From contig NC_045696.1 in the NCBI RefSeq assembly GCF_009834535.1, positions 115,074,001-115,138,000 on the forward strand: DNA of 64,000 nt, in the 5' to 3' direction. Below the pieces are notes generated by a model that saw only the letters and a program-made list of their open reading frames with translations, was not told the origin of the DNA and searched no databases. The translations under genes were made by a program, and so were the position numbers. This document shows positions 1 to 11,874 of the stretch, one piece after another. How positions within the stretch are numbered: the stretch's first letter is position 1; each line of letters starts with the position of its first letter. Source of the DNA: Camelus ferus. Its lineage: Eukaryota.

Positions 1-1262
1 TGTGATCATAAGCATATATGCCTTCTTATCCGATTCTCAACCCCCTGCAACCCCAGAAGCAACTGTTTTGAATATAAATAATAGAATGCCTCCAAACTAC
101 TAAAAAACCCTTTGCATGGATCACTTTTTTACTCTTTCAGGATCTCAGGGAAATGAGTCATAAAAATATAAATTCTTCCATGTTTCTACTCATGAAAATA
201 GCTTTAGCAGCTGTATTTCTAGAGGTGAAATCTTTGGCAGATGATGTAAGATTAGAATTTAGAGCGAGCTTCATCTGAAAAGTTGAGTCTGGAGCCTGGA
301 ACAGAAAGGTATCTGCGTCACGGCTTGAGAAAATCTGGGTTCTTGCTTTTGCTTTACTTTCAACTAGTCATATGATCTTTAAGTCATAAATCCATAGGGT
401 TGTGAAAATCAAGTACAGTGGGCATCAGATATCAGTATTACACGTTTCTGCTGGGACAGCCACTATCTCAGTGCGCGGGGTCCCTCCAGGCTCGGAGTGT
501 GTGTGGCTTTGGGCTGTGATTGGGTACCACTAAGCCACTCCTTGGTGCCTCTCCCATTCTCACTCTCCCAACTTGAGGTGTGTGTTGGGAATGGGTAAGT
601 CCCGGGAGCAGTTCTCCGTTCTCCAAGATCTCCCCTACATCACAAGGGTCCTCTGCTGCTTCCTGCCCTTCAAGAGACATGTCATAGGTTTCTCAATAAG
701 TTCCTGCTTTTTCATACACCTGGACGAAAAGGCTGCTTCACCTCCCCTTCATGGCAGAAGGCCCTAAAGCAATGCATTGCAAATTCTTGCTGCCTGCTTG
801 GATTCAAAGACATGAGAAAACAAAAAACACAAAAATAACCAAGAGAGCATACACAACTTAATGTCATTAATTTTCTCACTATACTGGCTTATGGGGAAGT
901 GCTTTTTAATCTGTAAAACTCTACCCCAACATTAAGAAATTTTTAAATAATTTGAGTCTTACCTGTTCCAGGATTGGGCTGAAATTTTATGTGTGAATAT
1001 AGGAAAGGCTATGGATTATACTGATTGGGTTTGAGCCTCTAGAGACCCCCAGAACTGAGAATTACTTCTCAAACACTTTTCCCAAATCCTCCACTCTACC
1101 ATCTTTGGCCCCAGTTTCCCCAGCTGTACAGTGATAACTAGGAAGCCTTTCTGTCACAAAGGCTGATGTGCAGTCTTCTTCCAAATCCCACGGCCCAGGT
1201 TGAAATGGCCATTTCAATGGTGATGATGCAGGAAAAACGAATGTGAGGCATGAGAAGGGCCA

Positions 1263-1878
1263 TGTCCCAGGTCTCAGTTGAGCCCCTGGGATTCACCCCG
1301 CCAAATGTGGGTCCTTGGCTTCGTGCAGGAAAGAATTCAAGAGTGAGCCACACTTTAGTAAAGGTAGAATTATTTAGAGAGAAACATACTGCACAGAGTG
1401 CCGGCTGTCTCAGAAGGCAAGAGAAAGGCCATGAGGTGTGGGGGTTGGGTGCTCAAGGTTAAAGTAAAAGTAGGTACACACTCCATAGACAGAGTGCGGG
1501 CCATCTCTGAAGATGAGGGAGCCAGAGAGGCGGCCACAAGGTGTGGTGTCGCTAGATTTTATGGGCTCAGTAGCTTCACAGGCCTACAAGTGGGAAGGCT
1601 ATTCCAACTACCCTGGGAAAGGGGCTTGGATTCCCAGGAATTGGGCCACCACCTACTCTTTGACCTTTTATGGTCAGCCTTGGAACACCTGTGGGCATGT
1701 CATTTACCACGCTAATATATTACAATGAGCATATAATGAAGCTCAAGTTCTACTAGAAGTCAAATCTCCTGCCATCTTGAGCCTCAAGGCCTCCTGGGAG
1801 TCGAATCTTCTGCCATTCTGGTGTTAATTGCTGTCATTCCTTGAATGGCTATGCACTGCCCCCTTCCCTCCTGTCTCA
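1263..1878 (-). mobile_element. ERV1 solo LTR, MER41-like
   Basis: TG...CA termini on the minus strand. Minus-strand motifs ctctgtctatggagt, ctcttgaattctttcctgcacgaagccaagg and aagatggcaggagatttgac...cattatatgctcattgtaatatattagc match my recollection of MER41. A homologous copy lies at 39965-40471. Confidence 0.8.
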
Positions 1879-2526
1879 GTTCATTCTGATTTTGCAGCAG
1901 AATTGTGCTCTGTATGTTACTAACAGGGTCCCCAGAAATCAGAACTATGGTGTAGTTGTCAATTCTAGCTGTGCTCTGGATGCTTTATATGTCGTATAGA
2001 GTTACTTCATGGTCATCGTCAATTGATTCATTTTTGCTCTAGTGGCCTGTTTTTGTGTGGATCTTTAAATATGTTCCTATATTCAGGTGTTATTTTCTTA
2101 ACCTGACATTTGATGTAGAAATCGCAGTCAAGCTCTCCTTTAGAAGTCAAAGACTTTGAATTTTAGGAGCCCTCATTAACCACAAAAAGCTTATCTCTAA
2201 TAACCAAGTCCTTTAAGCCCTTTCGCTGAACAGCCTGGTGTTATAATAGGGCAAATGCAGCGGGAGTTATTCAGGTGTCTTTTCAGGAGGTATATTTGTA
2301 CGTCGGAAAACACTTACAGGACTTAAAAAAAAACCCTTTAGAGGATTTTTTTTAAATGTCCTACCTTGGGAGAGATGGTAATGCTGAAATGTTTTCTGAA
2401 TTAATGGGAACTGGCCTGATTTGTTCATTTCATCCTTCTAAGATTTAACACTGAACAAATCTATCTTTGCTTAGAAAGATCTCCGTATCAGTTCATAGAG
2501 TATATTTCCAAACTGAATAGGGATTT

Positions 2527-2653
2527 TTTAATATTCTATTTTTATTATTTTTGTGGGGGGGTAATTATTTATTTTTGGAGGAGGTACTGGGGTTGAACCC
2601 AGGACCTTGGGTATGCTAACCCTTGCTCTCTACTGCTGAGCTATACCCTCCCC
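2527..2653 (-). mobile_element. tRNA-derived SINE (camelid Vic-1-like)
   Basis: Minus strand reads ggggagggtatagctcag...gggttcaaccccagtacctcc (A and B boxes) with an A-rich tail. Imperfect TSD caaa..gaatagggattt at about 2509-2526 and 2656-2673. Confidence 0.85.
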
Positions 2654-3104
2654 GACAAATGGAATAGGGATTTAAAGAAGAAAGGGAAGAAGATGGAGAG
2701 GAAGAAAGAGGCTGTAATATGCTGGTTGGATGAGCTACAGTGCACTTGGTGCTTTCATGCATGGATTCATGCCACCACCAAAATTATCGCCCCTATGATA
2801 TTCCATTACACCAGAAGTCACTCTGTGCAGAAAATATTGCCACTAAGCAAATTTAAATCTCCACACTCTTTGTCCCCCTTTATTTGTAATCTCGGGAAGC
2901 TCTATTCTATTACAGACAGCAAACTTGCAGCTTAGATATGCGACCTGTGATCTGGCATTCATAGAACCAGACTGAAGACTAAATGACAAATAATAGCTCC
3001 AACCATTTTAACTCTAAATGATTCTCTGGAAGAAAGAAGTTGCAAAGTAATACAAACACCTGTGTCAGAAATTAGCAAATTCTGTTTCTTTGTTGGTGGT
3101 GGGT

Positions 3105-3156
3105 TTTTTTTTTTTGTTTTGTTTTGTTTTTCTTTTGTTTTTTTCTTCTTTTTTTT
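3105..3156. repeat. T-rich low-complexity tract
   Basis: Poly-T and (TTTTG)n run. Confidence 0.9.
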
Positions 3157-3859
3157 CCCCCTCTGTTCATGGTTTAGCAGTACATCAACACATCTTTTAA
3201 AGTGTCACAAGTACAATAGTAGTGTAAGTGAAACCAATATCTGCCAAACCAATTGTAAAGTCCATCAGGACCTCTTAAATTATCTCATAGAATCACAATG
3301 GTGCTGCACACTGCTGTTTATGTGTGGGGCGGAACAAGACAGCTCTGTAAAATGACAGTAAAATTGAACTTTTTTGCCTTTCAAAGCTAAATGAAAATAC
3401 TAGCTCCAACTAGAATGGGAACAATTTAGCGACAGTGCATTTTGCTGATTGTGACAGACTCCTCACAGGCGTCCATATGTCCAATTTTTAGCATCTTTCA
3501 CTGAGATGAATTTTAAGAATGATCTTACTGCACTGAAAATATTGACCGAAAGTTCAGCATACAAAACTTAACACCTTATTTCGGATGGTGATTTCTCATC
3601 TGTAAAGGGCTTTCCTATTTGATTTTGTAAGGGGCGGGGGTGAGCTTTATCACTCCCACTTTAGACAACTTCAGCATCCAGGTTGCCAATCAAAAATGCC
3701 AAGAAAGCATCACTCATAATGTTCCATCAGCTGATGAATTAGAATAAAGTAAGTCCCAACTCAAGATGAATTTCCTTTAGCGAGAATATTCTTATGAAAC
3801 TACATGTTGAAGAGTAAAATAAATCTACAACAAAAAATAATAACAAAAACTCTCCTATC

Positions 3860-3980
3860 TTGACCCAAATTTCCTCATCTGTAAAACAAGGATAACGGGT
3901 AATGCAATGTCATGCATTCTTTACCTTTTATGGTTCTTGTAAGGTGACAACCTGATAACATAGTGAGAATGTTGTAAGAT
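3860..3980 (+). mobile_element. MIR fragment
   Basis: MIR core tttcctcatctgtaaaacaaggataa...ggttcttgtaagg. Confidence 0.6.
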
Positions 3981-5929
3981 GCGCGCGTTTCTCCAAATCC
4001 CCAGTCTCTAGCCTCCTGTCGTGCTGAGTATCATCTCTCTAAATTCCAGCACAGTTCCCAGAACAAGGACCTGTACTTCCTGGGTAATGCATTTCCTTCA
4101 CTCTTGTGTCACATTTATTGATGTGTGATGTGTAAACTCCTTGGTGCTGGAGCTCATTTCTGGGCAATCCGTGCCTGTTTCTACCGTATCCCTCAGCAAG
4201 AAGCAGGGTGCTTTGGATGGAGCTGGTGCTCACTCGACTGAAAGTTAGGATGAATACACTCCTCGCACCTTAGCAGGACCAGTCCTCCTGTCTCCACCTG
4301 GGATCCTGGGAATTGTTTCTGCCCGTCCATGTTCGTGTCAAATAACTCTTTCATTAAGAATTCACACACACGCACAAAGAATTCACCTATCTACTGGGAT
4401 TTCTTTCCTTTTCAAAATTGGCAATGCCTTGATTATTCCTCTTTACCTCATTCTGACTTTAATGTAGGTCCACTATTAGGTAGCGCCTTGGTTTTTTCTG
4501 CAGTGCTTAGTATAATGCCCTACATATATTAAGAGCTCAATACATCTTAGTTGAATTAACAAATTAATGTATTCAATGGTTACCACCCTTGAATCAGACT
4601 TGGCCTGTTACTTACTTGGACCACAGAGCATAAGAGATATAAATAGCTTTGTACCCCCAGAACCCACTTACCTAAAACAGACAATAGGCTTGCCTTTCTC
4701 CTGGGCTGAAACATAGCCTTAGGGGTAAATCAAATGGCCAGGATGACTCCTGGGCCACTAATGACACCCATTTAAAAACCCTCAGCAAAGAGCAAAGTGA
4801 TAAAGGACCTGAGATTGACCTGAGTGTTTTCACCTGCCGGTTCTGAAACCCTCTTCCCCACACCCAAGAGCTCATCATCCTTACACCATCTTCCAGCTGT
4901 TCAGAGCTCTCCACACAGGGGTGGTCTGTTCAGCTTGTTCTGAAATACAACCACAGTCATTCTCTAGCAATTATCCGGAAACTACTCTCTAGGATAAACC
5001 ATAGTTTCCTATAAAAGCCACCCCAGATTCTAAAGAAACTATTCTTAAAAGCTTTTACTCTAAACTATTTCAAACAAGGACCAAGCATTCTTCAGAAAAC
5101 TTGATGCAGTGCAATTTGAAGGAGAACAGATTTTCAGAAGCGCCCCAACAATGCCTGGCAGAATACCATTTATTTGGCACTAGTGGAGAAGACCATAATG
5201 TTCTCGTTTTGAACTCCGTCTTTAGAAACGGCCTTATCAAAATAATCCTTGTGCATCAGCCTAACTGCTGTTTGACAGCAGATCAAATATAAAAGTAACC
5301 AAAGCCGAAAAGTACTGTATTTCTGCACCATTTTGGCATTCAGAATGTGATGGATTGACTGTGGGGCTGAGCTAAGCAAGAAAAGACTTTTATTCCACTT
5401 TCAAAGTTTTACAACTGTGAAACAACCCTTTGGCTATAAATTCACATTCTCAGACTAATATATACACAACCACTCCAAAGATCTAATTACAGCATCAATA
5501 TAAAGAAATAGCACCGTAATCATCCCCTGTGGCTCCCAAGAACCTCTGGTTGACCAAATTGAGTCTGAAGTTTTCCTTCACGCTTGCCAGTCATTGCCTG
5601 GCTTTTCAAAAATGGATCAAACTCAATTCAAACTGCTGGAAATAAGGTGGGACTCAGATCGGATAAGGATCAGATCTGGGGATAAAATTCATTTGCCTTC
5701 CTACCTTACTCCATCACCCTATTAGCACATCCATCCAAAATGGGAGGAATTCCAGATTACCATCCTACCAAAGAAAGTCTGTTTTGTCTGCCTGGCCTCA
5801 GAACAAAGTAGAATGGGGTCCAAGTCGACCTGTACTGGTGAGAACCATTATCTATGTAGTTATTATTTATATCAAAACCAGTTACCTCTCTTTGCTTTTT
5901 TTTTAATCTGAAAGATCATATATAGCCTT

Positions 5930-6740
5930 AAGGTGTACAAAAAAGCTAAATGTTAGAAATAGCATTAGAAGAAATTTAAAATTAATCTCTATGTAACTTC
6001 AAGGTATAGGAGACTTTCTAGAGAAAGATCAGAAACTGAAAAATGTATAAAAGCAAAGAAAAATGCTTATAAATGTACAGAAGTTAAAAATAATGTTATA
6101 ACAAAATACATCATAAATGAAGTGAACAACGTCAAAGTCATCATTAAGAAGTCAAAAGACAAACAGTAGGAGAAGTGTGCATAATTTGAAAGAAAAGTGA
6201 TTGATAACCTAAGTATTCAAAAGAACCGCTAAAAATGACAAGAAAAAGACAATGGGGAAAATGCTCAGTTGATTTAAATAGGATAATCATAGAAAAGGAA
6301 ACATTTTCAACCTCTTCAATGGTCAGGATAGTACCAATTACAATGAAGAGTTATTATTGTGCTTATAAAATTAGCAAAATGTATTAAGATTTGTAACCTA
6401 CACTGCTAGGTAAGAAGATGAATTGATACACTAGTCTGGCATTTTCTTTTTTTCAGTAATATTCTTTGACTCAACAGTGTCAAATTTGGAAATTGCTCTC
6501 GGGAGAAATCAAAACACCTAAGCCTTTAGTTGTACGTAAAGGAATGTTTATGGCCACATTGTCTGTAGTAGCAAAGCCCTGAAATAATCTGAGTGTCCAT
6601 CCGTGGAGGACTAGGTGACTGAGCGTGTGCGTCAAGTCTTGGGATTCCCATGGAGCCTCTGAAAAGAGCGAGCTCGGGCTGGTTCACCCAGTCTGTAGGC
6701 TGTATCCTGATGGGTGGTGGAGAACACAAGCTGCAGAGTA
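5930..6740 (+). mobile_element. Old L1 (L1ME-like), ORF2 end and 3' region
   Basis: A-rich decayed L1 text, e.g. gtcaaaagacaaacag and ggaatgtttatggccacattgtctgtagtagcaaag...ctgagtgtccatcc. Confidence 0.6.
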
Positions 6741-6809
6741 ACGTGAAGTGTTGGCGCCACCCTTGCTCTTGAACGTTCTTGCCTCCTTGCCTTTGACTTG
6801 CTTTTCCCC

Positions 6810-7120
6810 TCTTACTTGCAAGCCATTTATCATCATCTATCTTGGCTAATTCTTACATTTTAAAAATATTCAGCGGGTGCCTCCACTTGTCAGGAAAGCT
6901 AAATTGGTCAACCCAGGTGGGACATGTGTCTGTCATCTGTGCTGTTGAGTTATCCTGAGCAGACTTCAGTCACAGCCATTTATTCAACGCCTGGTTGTTT
7001 GTAGGCCACCAACTCTTTGAAACCAGGGACTAAATATTTCATTGTAGCATCCCCAGCAGGGTACATAGATGTCACATCTGACTTAAGGGGGAATTTATCA
7101 AACTTTGTTGAATAGATAAA
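6810..7120 (+). mobile_element. L2 3' fragment
   Basis: ctctttgaaaccagggactaaatatttcattgtagcatccccagca...tttgttgaatagataa is typical of an L2 3' end. Confidence 0.5.
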
Positions 7121-7409
7121 AAAATAATGGGTCCAATCCCATTCCAAAAATTAATATCTAAGTAAGTAATGGTAGAATATTAGAATTAGATGGAACAGCA
7201 CTGAATACTGACAAGTATCATCTGCTGGGTACTTTCTGGCTTAAGCAGTGGTATCCCATTTAAGACTGATGAAATCCTCAATACCTTTGCACACCAACAC
7301 TGGCTAAAGACACAACTTTTCTTGAATATTTCCAAGTTGCTCAAAAAGTACAGATTTTTTAGGATCTTGTATACAGCAATTCACATGCTCTGTCAAGTTT
7401 GAACACTAC

Positions 7410-7424
7410 CTGCCAGATGGCGGT
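7410..7424 (+). promoter_or_regulatory. Candidate CTCF core motif
   Basis: ctgccagatggcggt is one mismatch from CCRSYAGRKGGCRSY. Motif match only. Confidence 0.3.
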
Positions 7425-7704
7425 GCTCAAACTTTAGTGAGCATAAGAAAAGGGGGAAAGGAAGGAACGAGATGTCCTTATGAAGATGTCTGGGAATAGA
7501 GAGCTCACGGCCTTTTATGTAATGATCACGTTCTTTCCTCTGCCCTCTGAGAGATGGAAAAGTGACAGTGATCGCACTTTTCCCCATTCTGTTTTAGTTT
7601 TATGTCTTTGAAGTCTTGATTTGTTTTAACTTGTTTGTTTTCATGAGGGCTAATTGAGCCACATCCTGCTACGGGTCCATGGCCAATTTGCAGAAAAAGC
7701 CACA

Positions 7705-7965
7705 GAGCTTAGTGATTAAGAGGCCAGGTTTTGGAGTCAGGAAGACCAAGGATAGAATCTTGGCTTTGCATTTACTGGCCATCTGACCTTGAATAGGTGA
7801 CCTCTGAGCTAATCTCTTCGGCCTCAGTGGTCTTATCGATACACTAGAATCAGAATAATAGAAAGTTTGTCATGGACTATTATCAGCATTGATAGAAGAA
7901 GACATGAAAGTTGTTAGCGCGTTCTTAGGCTCGTCATTCAGTTCATGTGTTTGTTGCTATTATTA
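7705..7965 (+). mobile_element. MIR
   Basis: agtgattaagaggccaggttttggagtcag...tttactggccatctgaccttgaataggtgac...ggcctcagt...gttgctattatta. Confidence 0.7.
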
Positions 7966-7974
7966 CTAGCAAAT

Positions 7975-8135
7975 TTGATTACCTCTAAAATGCATGTTCT
8001 CTTACAGTTTATCTCTAAAATCAATCAGTATGCATCTTATAACTGGTGACACTTTACAGTTATAGTTGTATACTGAATGGTTTATAAATCAGGATGCAAC
8101 TTACAAAAGATGGCAGCTTGGTTTGAAGAAAAGTT
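7975..8135. mobile_element. Tigger-derived (MER46C-like) fragment
   Basis: Repeated aatcaggatgcaacttacaa / atgcatcttataa motifs. Confidence 0.35.
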
Positions 8136-8750
8136 ATTATTAATACCACTGACAGCTTTTTGCATGGGGCTGACTTGAGCACCAGGTCATGAAGGATGGG
8201 TCAGTCTCCTATCCTGCAACAGCAGTACTCCTGGCTTCATCTCTCCTCCCTGTCATTCGAACTATGGAAACTCAGAGCTCCAACTGTTTCCTAGTGACTT
8301 TGAAAATGTGTTTTCCAGTCTCGTAAAGAGCTAGTGGGGTATTCTTGACAAAGAAGGTCTTAAATCTGAACTAGAAACCCTCTAACAAGGGAGGCTGGCC
8401 ATTTTATTATTGACTCATGCCTAAGTGCATTGTGGGAGCTCTTCTGGATCCACAGCTCTGACCGTGACCATGACGAATGTGTTCCCATTTTCTTTGTTTC
8501 TACATTTCTTCTTCAAGTACCTGCCTCAAAGCCTTTCCCTGACATATCTGAGGTTCCTACGAGCATTTCCTTCATGCTCATCCTCTGCATTGACTCAGCA
8601 GGACATCTTTCCAAGTTTTCCAGAAGTGACAAGAGCCAAGATAAAGCAATTCTGTGACAACACCTAGTCTTGTAAATGGTGTTCTTCTGTGTTCTTCTGA
8701 AAGCTCATTGCTAAGCTTTATAACCATATCATTGAAGTTGTTTCTCTTAA

Positions 8751-9264
8751 CATTACTGAGTCCAAATTCATTCTGCTGGCCGCATGACAGGCCAATAAAT
8801 AGGGAGACCAGATGTTGGGGCAAGGAATAATGACTTTATTTGGAAAACCAGCAAACCAAGAAAATGGCAGGCTAATGTCCTAGAGAACCATCTTCCCCAA
8901 ATCAGAATTCTGGCTTCTTTTTATACTGAAAGAGGGTGAGTATGGTTGGTTATTGCAAACTTCTTGAGATCGGAATCCTTTGTCCTTGCAGCTGTTCACA
9001 TAGGTCATGGTGTCCCTGTAAACCTCCAACAAGACAAATGTTATTTTTGGTTCTGCAACTTTTTATCTTTATATGAACAGAAAAGTGTTATATCCTTAAA
9101 GGTCAGAGCCTTGAAAATGGGCTATCTTGTGTATTTCAGGCTCGAGGCAACATTCTTTTGCAAAAGGTGCAGAACCAGCTTGAATGAGAACAGGAAACAG
9201 AGCACAAAGTTAGAGCTAAAGGAAGAGATCTCCTATGGAGTCAGATTTGTTCTTCCCTATTACT
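8751..9264 (-). mobile_element. ERV1-class solo LTR
   Basis: Minus strand starts gtaatagggaagaacaaatctgactccat. It has AATAAA (plus-strand tttatt near 8836) followed by a U5-like end. About 510 bp. Confidence 0.65.
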
Positions 9265-9342
9265 TTAATATGCAGTTATGAAAATCTAAATGATTCAAAA
9301 TAAAAGCAATAATTTGTGCCCCTTAAGAAGCCCAGAGTTAAG

Positions 9343-9727
9343 TGTGGTATGGTAGGGTGTTTGGTGGCCCCAAATTCCCTGTTAAATCTAGGCTGGTTTT
9401 CTGACTTGCTTTGAACAGTAGAATATAGAGGAAATGATGATACATCTTGCAAATTCTGGAGCCTGAGCTTCAGGAGGCTTTGCAGCTTCGACCTGTGCTC
9501 ACCTGGAATGCTGCCCTGAGCCTAAGCTTGGGATGGGGAGAGAGTGACGTGCCAGGTGAGTCCAGGCTCCTGTCTACCCACCAGCCGAACACAGCTACAT
9601 GAGAAGCCCAGAAGAGACCAAGGGAAGAGCCCCACGGCCACCCCACCATACTGTAGGCATCTTACATTGCTGTCCTTTGAAGACATTAAATTCAGTGGTT
9701 TTTACACACCAGTCAGTGACTGAAAGA
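9343..9727 (+). mobile_element. MLT1 (ERVL-MaLR) LTR
   Basis: tgtggt...ggtggcccc, ctgacttgctttgaacagtagaat, gcctgagcttcaggaggctttgcagcttc, end gtggtttttacacaccag. Confidence 0.65.
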
Positions 9728-10119
9728 ACAAAGGCTATAACATACGTCCCTAAATCAGAGACTTTTTTAAAAAAAAGGCCCATAGGAAGAAATGTGACCA
9801 TGAAACACGAAAAAAAGTTTCCCTTAACTTTTTTTTGAATTTTTGTTCCTATCACTCTAGTGTTTGTGCCATGTGAAAGGCTTTACAATTTATAGAGCTA
9901 TAAAGATGAATACTTTGAATTTTTTACACCCCTTTCATAAAAATCATAATGTGCTCTTTAGATAAGTTTTATGTCCCTGCTTAAGATTGCTCATACTGCG
10001 ATGTACAAAAGTAATATGATGGGCTCAAGGAATGGGAAGAGAGAGAATCCTAGAATCAGTTGGGTAATTCTTCCTGGTTCCCATCATTCTGAGATCTTTA
10101 GGACGGGGTGGATCTGGAA

Positions 10120-10459
10120 CAAGGTCAGACAACTATGGGCCAGGGGCCAAATATGCCCACCAAAGGTGTTTTTGTGCACCCTTGAGCTAAGACTTTTTTA
10201 ATAGGTTTTAGATGATTCAAAGACAAAAATCAAAAGAACAATAATATTTCATGGTATGTGGAAATTATATGAAATTCAAATTTCAGCATCCATAAAGAAA
10301 GTTTTATGGGAACCCAGCAACGCTCCTTCATTTCTGTGTTGTCTAAGCCTACTTGTTCACTATCATAGCAGGGTTGAGTAGTGGTGATAAAGGATATTGT
10401 ACGCATAATCTAAAAGGTTTACTATCTGGCTCTTTCCAGAAAAAATGTGCCAACTCTTG
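10120..10459. mobile_element. MER58B-like hAT-Charlie DNA transposon
   Basis: caaggtcagacaactatgggcc...tttactatctggctctttccagaaaaaatgtgccaactcttg. Degenerate 8-bp TSD atctggaa / gtctagaa. Confidence 0.75.
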
Positions 10460-11230
10460 GTCTAGAATGCAGATCTGAGCATTTTCTTTTTAGGTGGATG
10501 TAATGTATTTTATCCCATGACTGTATTTGTGAATCCATAAATAAACACACCCAGCTGACTTTCTCCACCTCATCTTCACAGTCTTGACAGCTTGTTGGTC
10601 TCATGAGGAGAAGGGTAAAGGTGTTTAAGTCCTAAAATTGGTTAGAGGAAGAGATGAGGGTGGGGCGAGAGAGCCAGAGAGGAGTAAATCCCAGATTAAG
10701 TGTTGGATGATAACAATTGAAGAAATGACTTTAAAAACTCCTTCTTTATGTTTCTCTCTTGGCACCTCTTCTAAATACCTTTTTTGTTTATGGACCAAAG
10801 CTATTTCTGAAGGACAGGAATAGCAAACAACTAACAGCATCAGCCCTGAAAAAATAAATTTTTCTTTCCTCTTTGCTTCCATCATCAGCAATTAAAAGTT
10901 CTTCAGAAGCTCTTACTGTGGTGGTGTCATCGACAATAGATAAATATATAAGTTAAAAAGTCTAGACACATCTTTCCTCGCCTGCCTGGCTTCCCAGGCT
11001 CCAGGCTCCCCCTTCTCACCCTCATTCAGAAGGTGCTTCCAAAGCAGCCTATGAGTTCTTTTAAAGTCATGTTCAGAATCTATTCATTTTCTTTGCTTCT
11101 ACAACAGTTCAGGGATTATGGAATGCAATCTAAGGATACCAAATTGAAAGACACATTGAAAACACACACACACACAAATATTTTATATGTATATAAAATT
11201 GCTGTTGTTTGAAGACATTAAATATACAAA

Positions 11231-11622
11231 TATACCACATCTTCTTTATCCAGTCATGTGTCGATGGGCATTTAGGTTGCTTTCAGGTCTTGGCTATTGT
11301 AAATAGTGCTGCTATGAACGTTGGGGTGCACGTGTCTTTTTTGAATTAGAGTTTCCTCTGGATATATGCCCTGGAGTGGGATTTCTGGGTCACATGGCAA
11401 CTCTAGTTTTAGTTTTTTAAGGAACCTCCATACTGTTTTCCATAGTGGCTGCACCAAACTACATTCCCACCAGCAGTGCAGGAGGGTTCCCTTTTCTCCA
11501 CACTCTCTCTAGCATTTATTGTTTGTGGACTTTTTAATGATGGCCATTCTGACTGGTGTGAGGTGATACCTCATTGTAGTTTTGACTTGTGTTTCTCTGA
11601 TAATTAGCAATACTGAGCATTT
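11231..11622 (-). mobile_element. Young L1, inverted segment (ORF2 C-terminus)
   Basis: ORF 11272-11457 gives [32 protein letters not shown], the L1 ORF2 C-terminal region. Confidence 0.9.
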
Positions 11623-11874
11623 TACAATGGAATGCTACTCAGCCATAAAAAAGAATAAAATATTGTTATCTGTAGCACCATGGATGACCAGGAGATCGTC
11701 ATTCTAAGTGAAGTAAGACAAAAAGAGAAAGAAAAATACCATGTGATGTCACTTATCTGTGGAATCTTTTAAAAAGTGGCAGAAATGAACTTATACAAAA
11801 CAGAAACAGACTCACAGACATAGAAAACAAACCTATCGTTACCGGGAAGGAAACAGGGTGGGGAAGGGATAAAT
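11623..11874 (+). mobile_element. Young L1, forward segment (ORF2 end and start of 3' UTR)
   Basis: tacaatggaatgctactcagccataaaaaag...cagaaacagactcacagacatagaaaac continues the inverted segment. Confidence 0.9.

Noticed and set aside
121..310. Strong acceptor at 140 followed by a short open frame
   Set aside because: Only weak donors follow, and I do not recognise the peptide.
1513..1728. Paralogous ORFs sharing WE.YSNY.G.GA..PRNWATT (also 40151-40339)
   Set aside because: The similarity comes from the shared LTR read antisense, not from a gene family.
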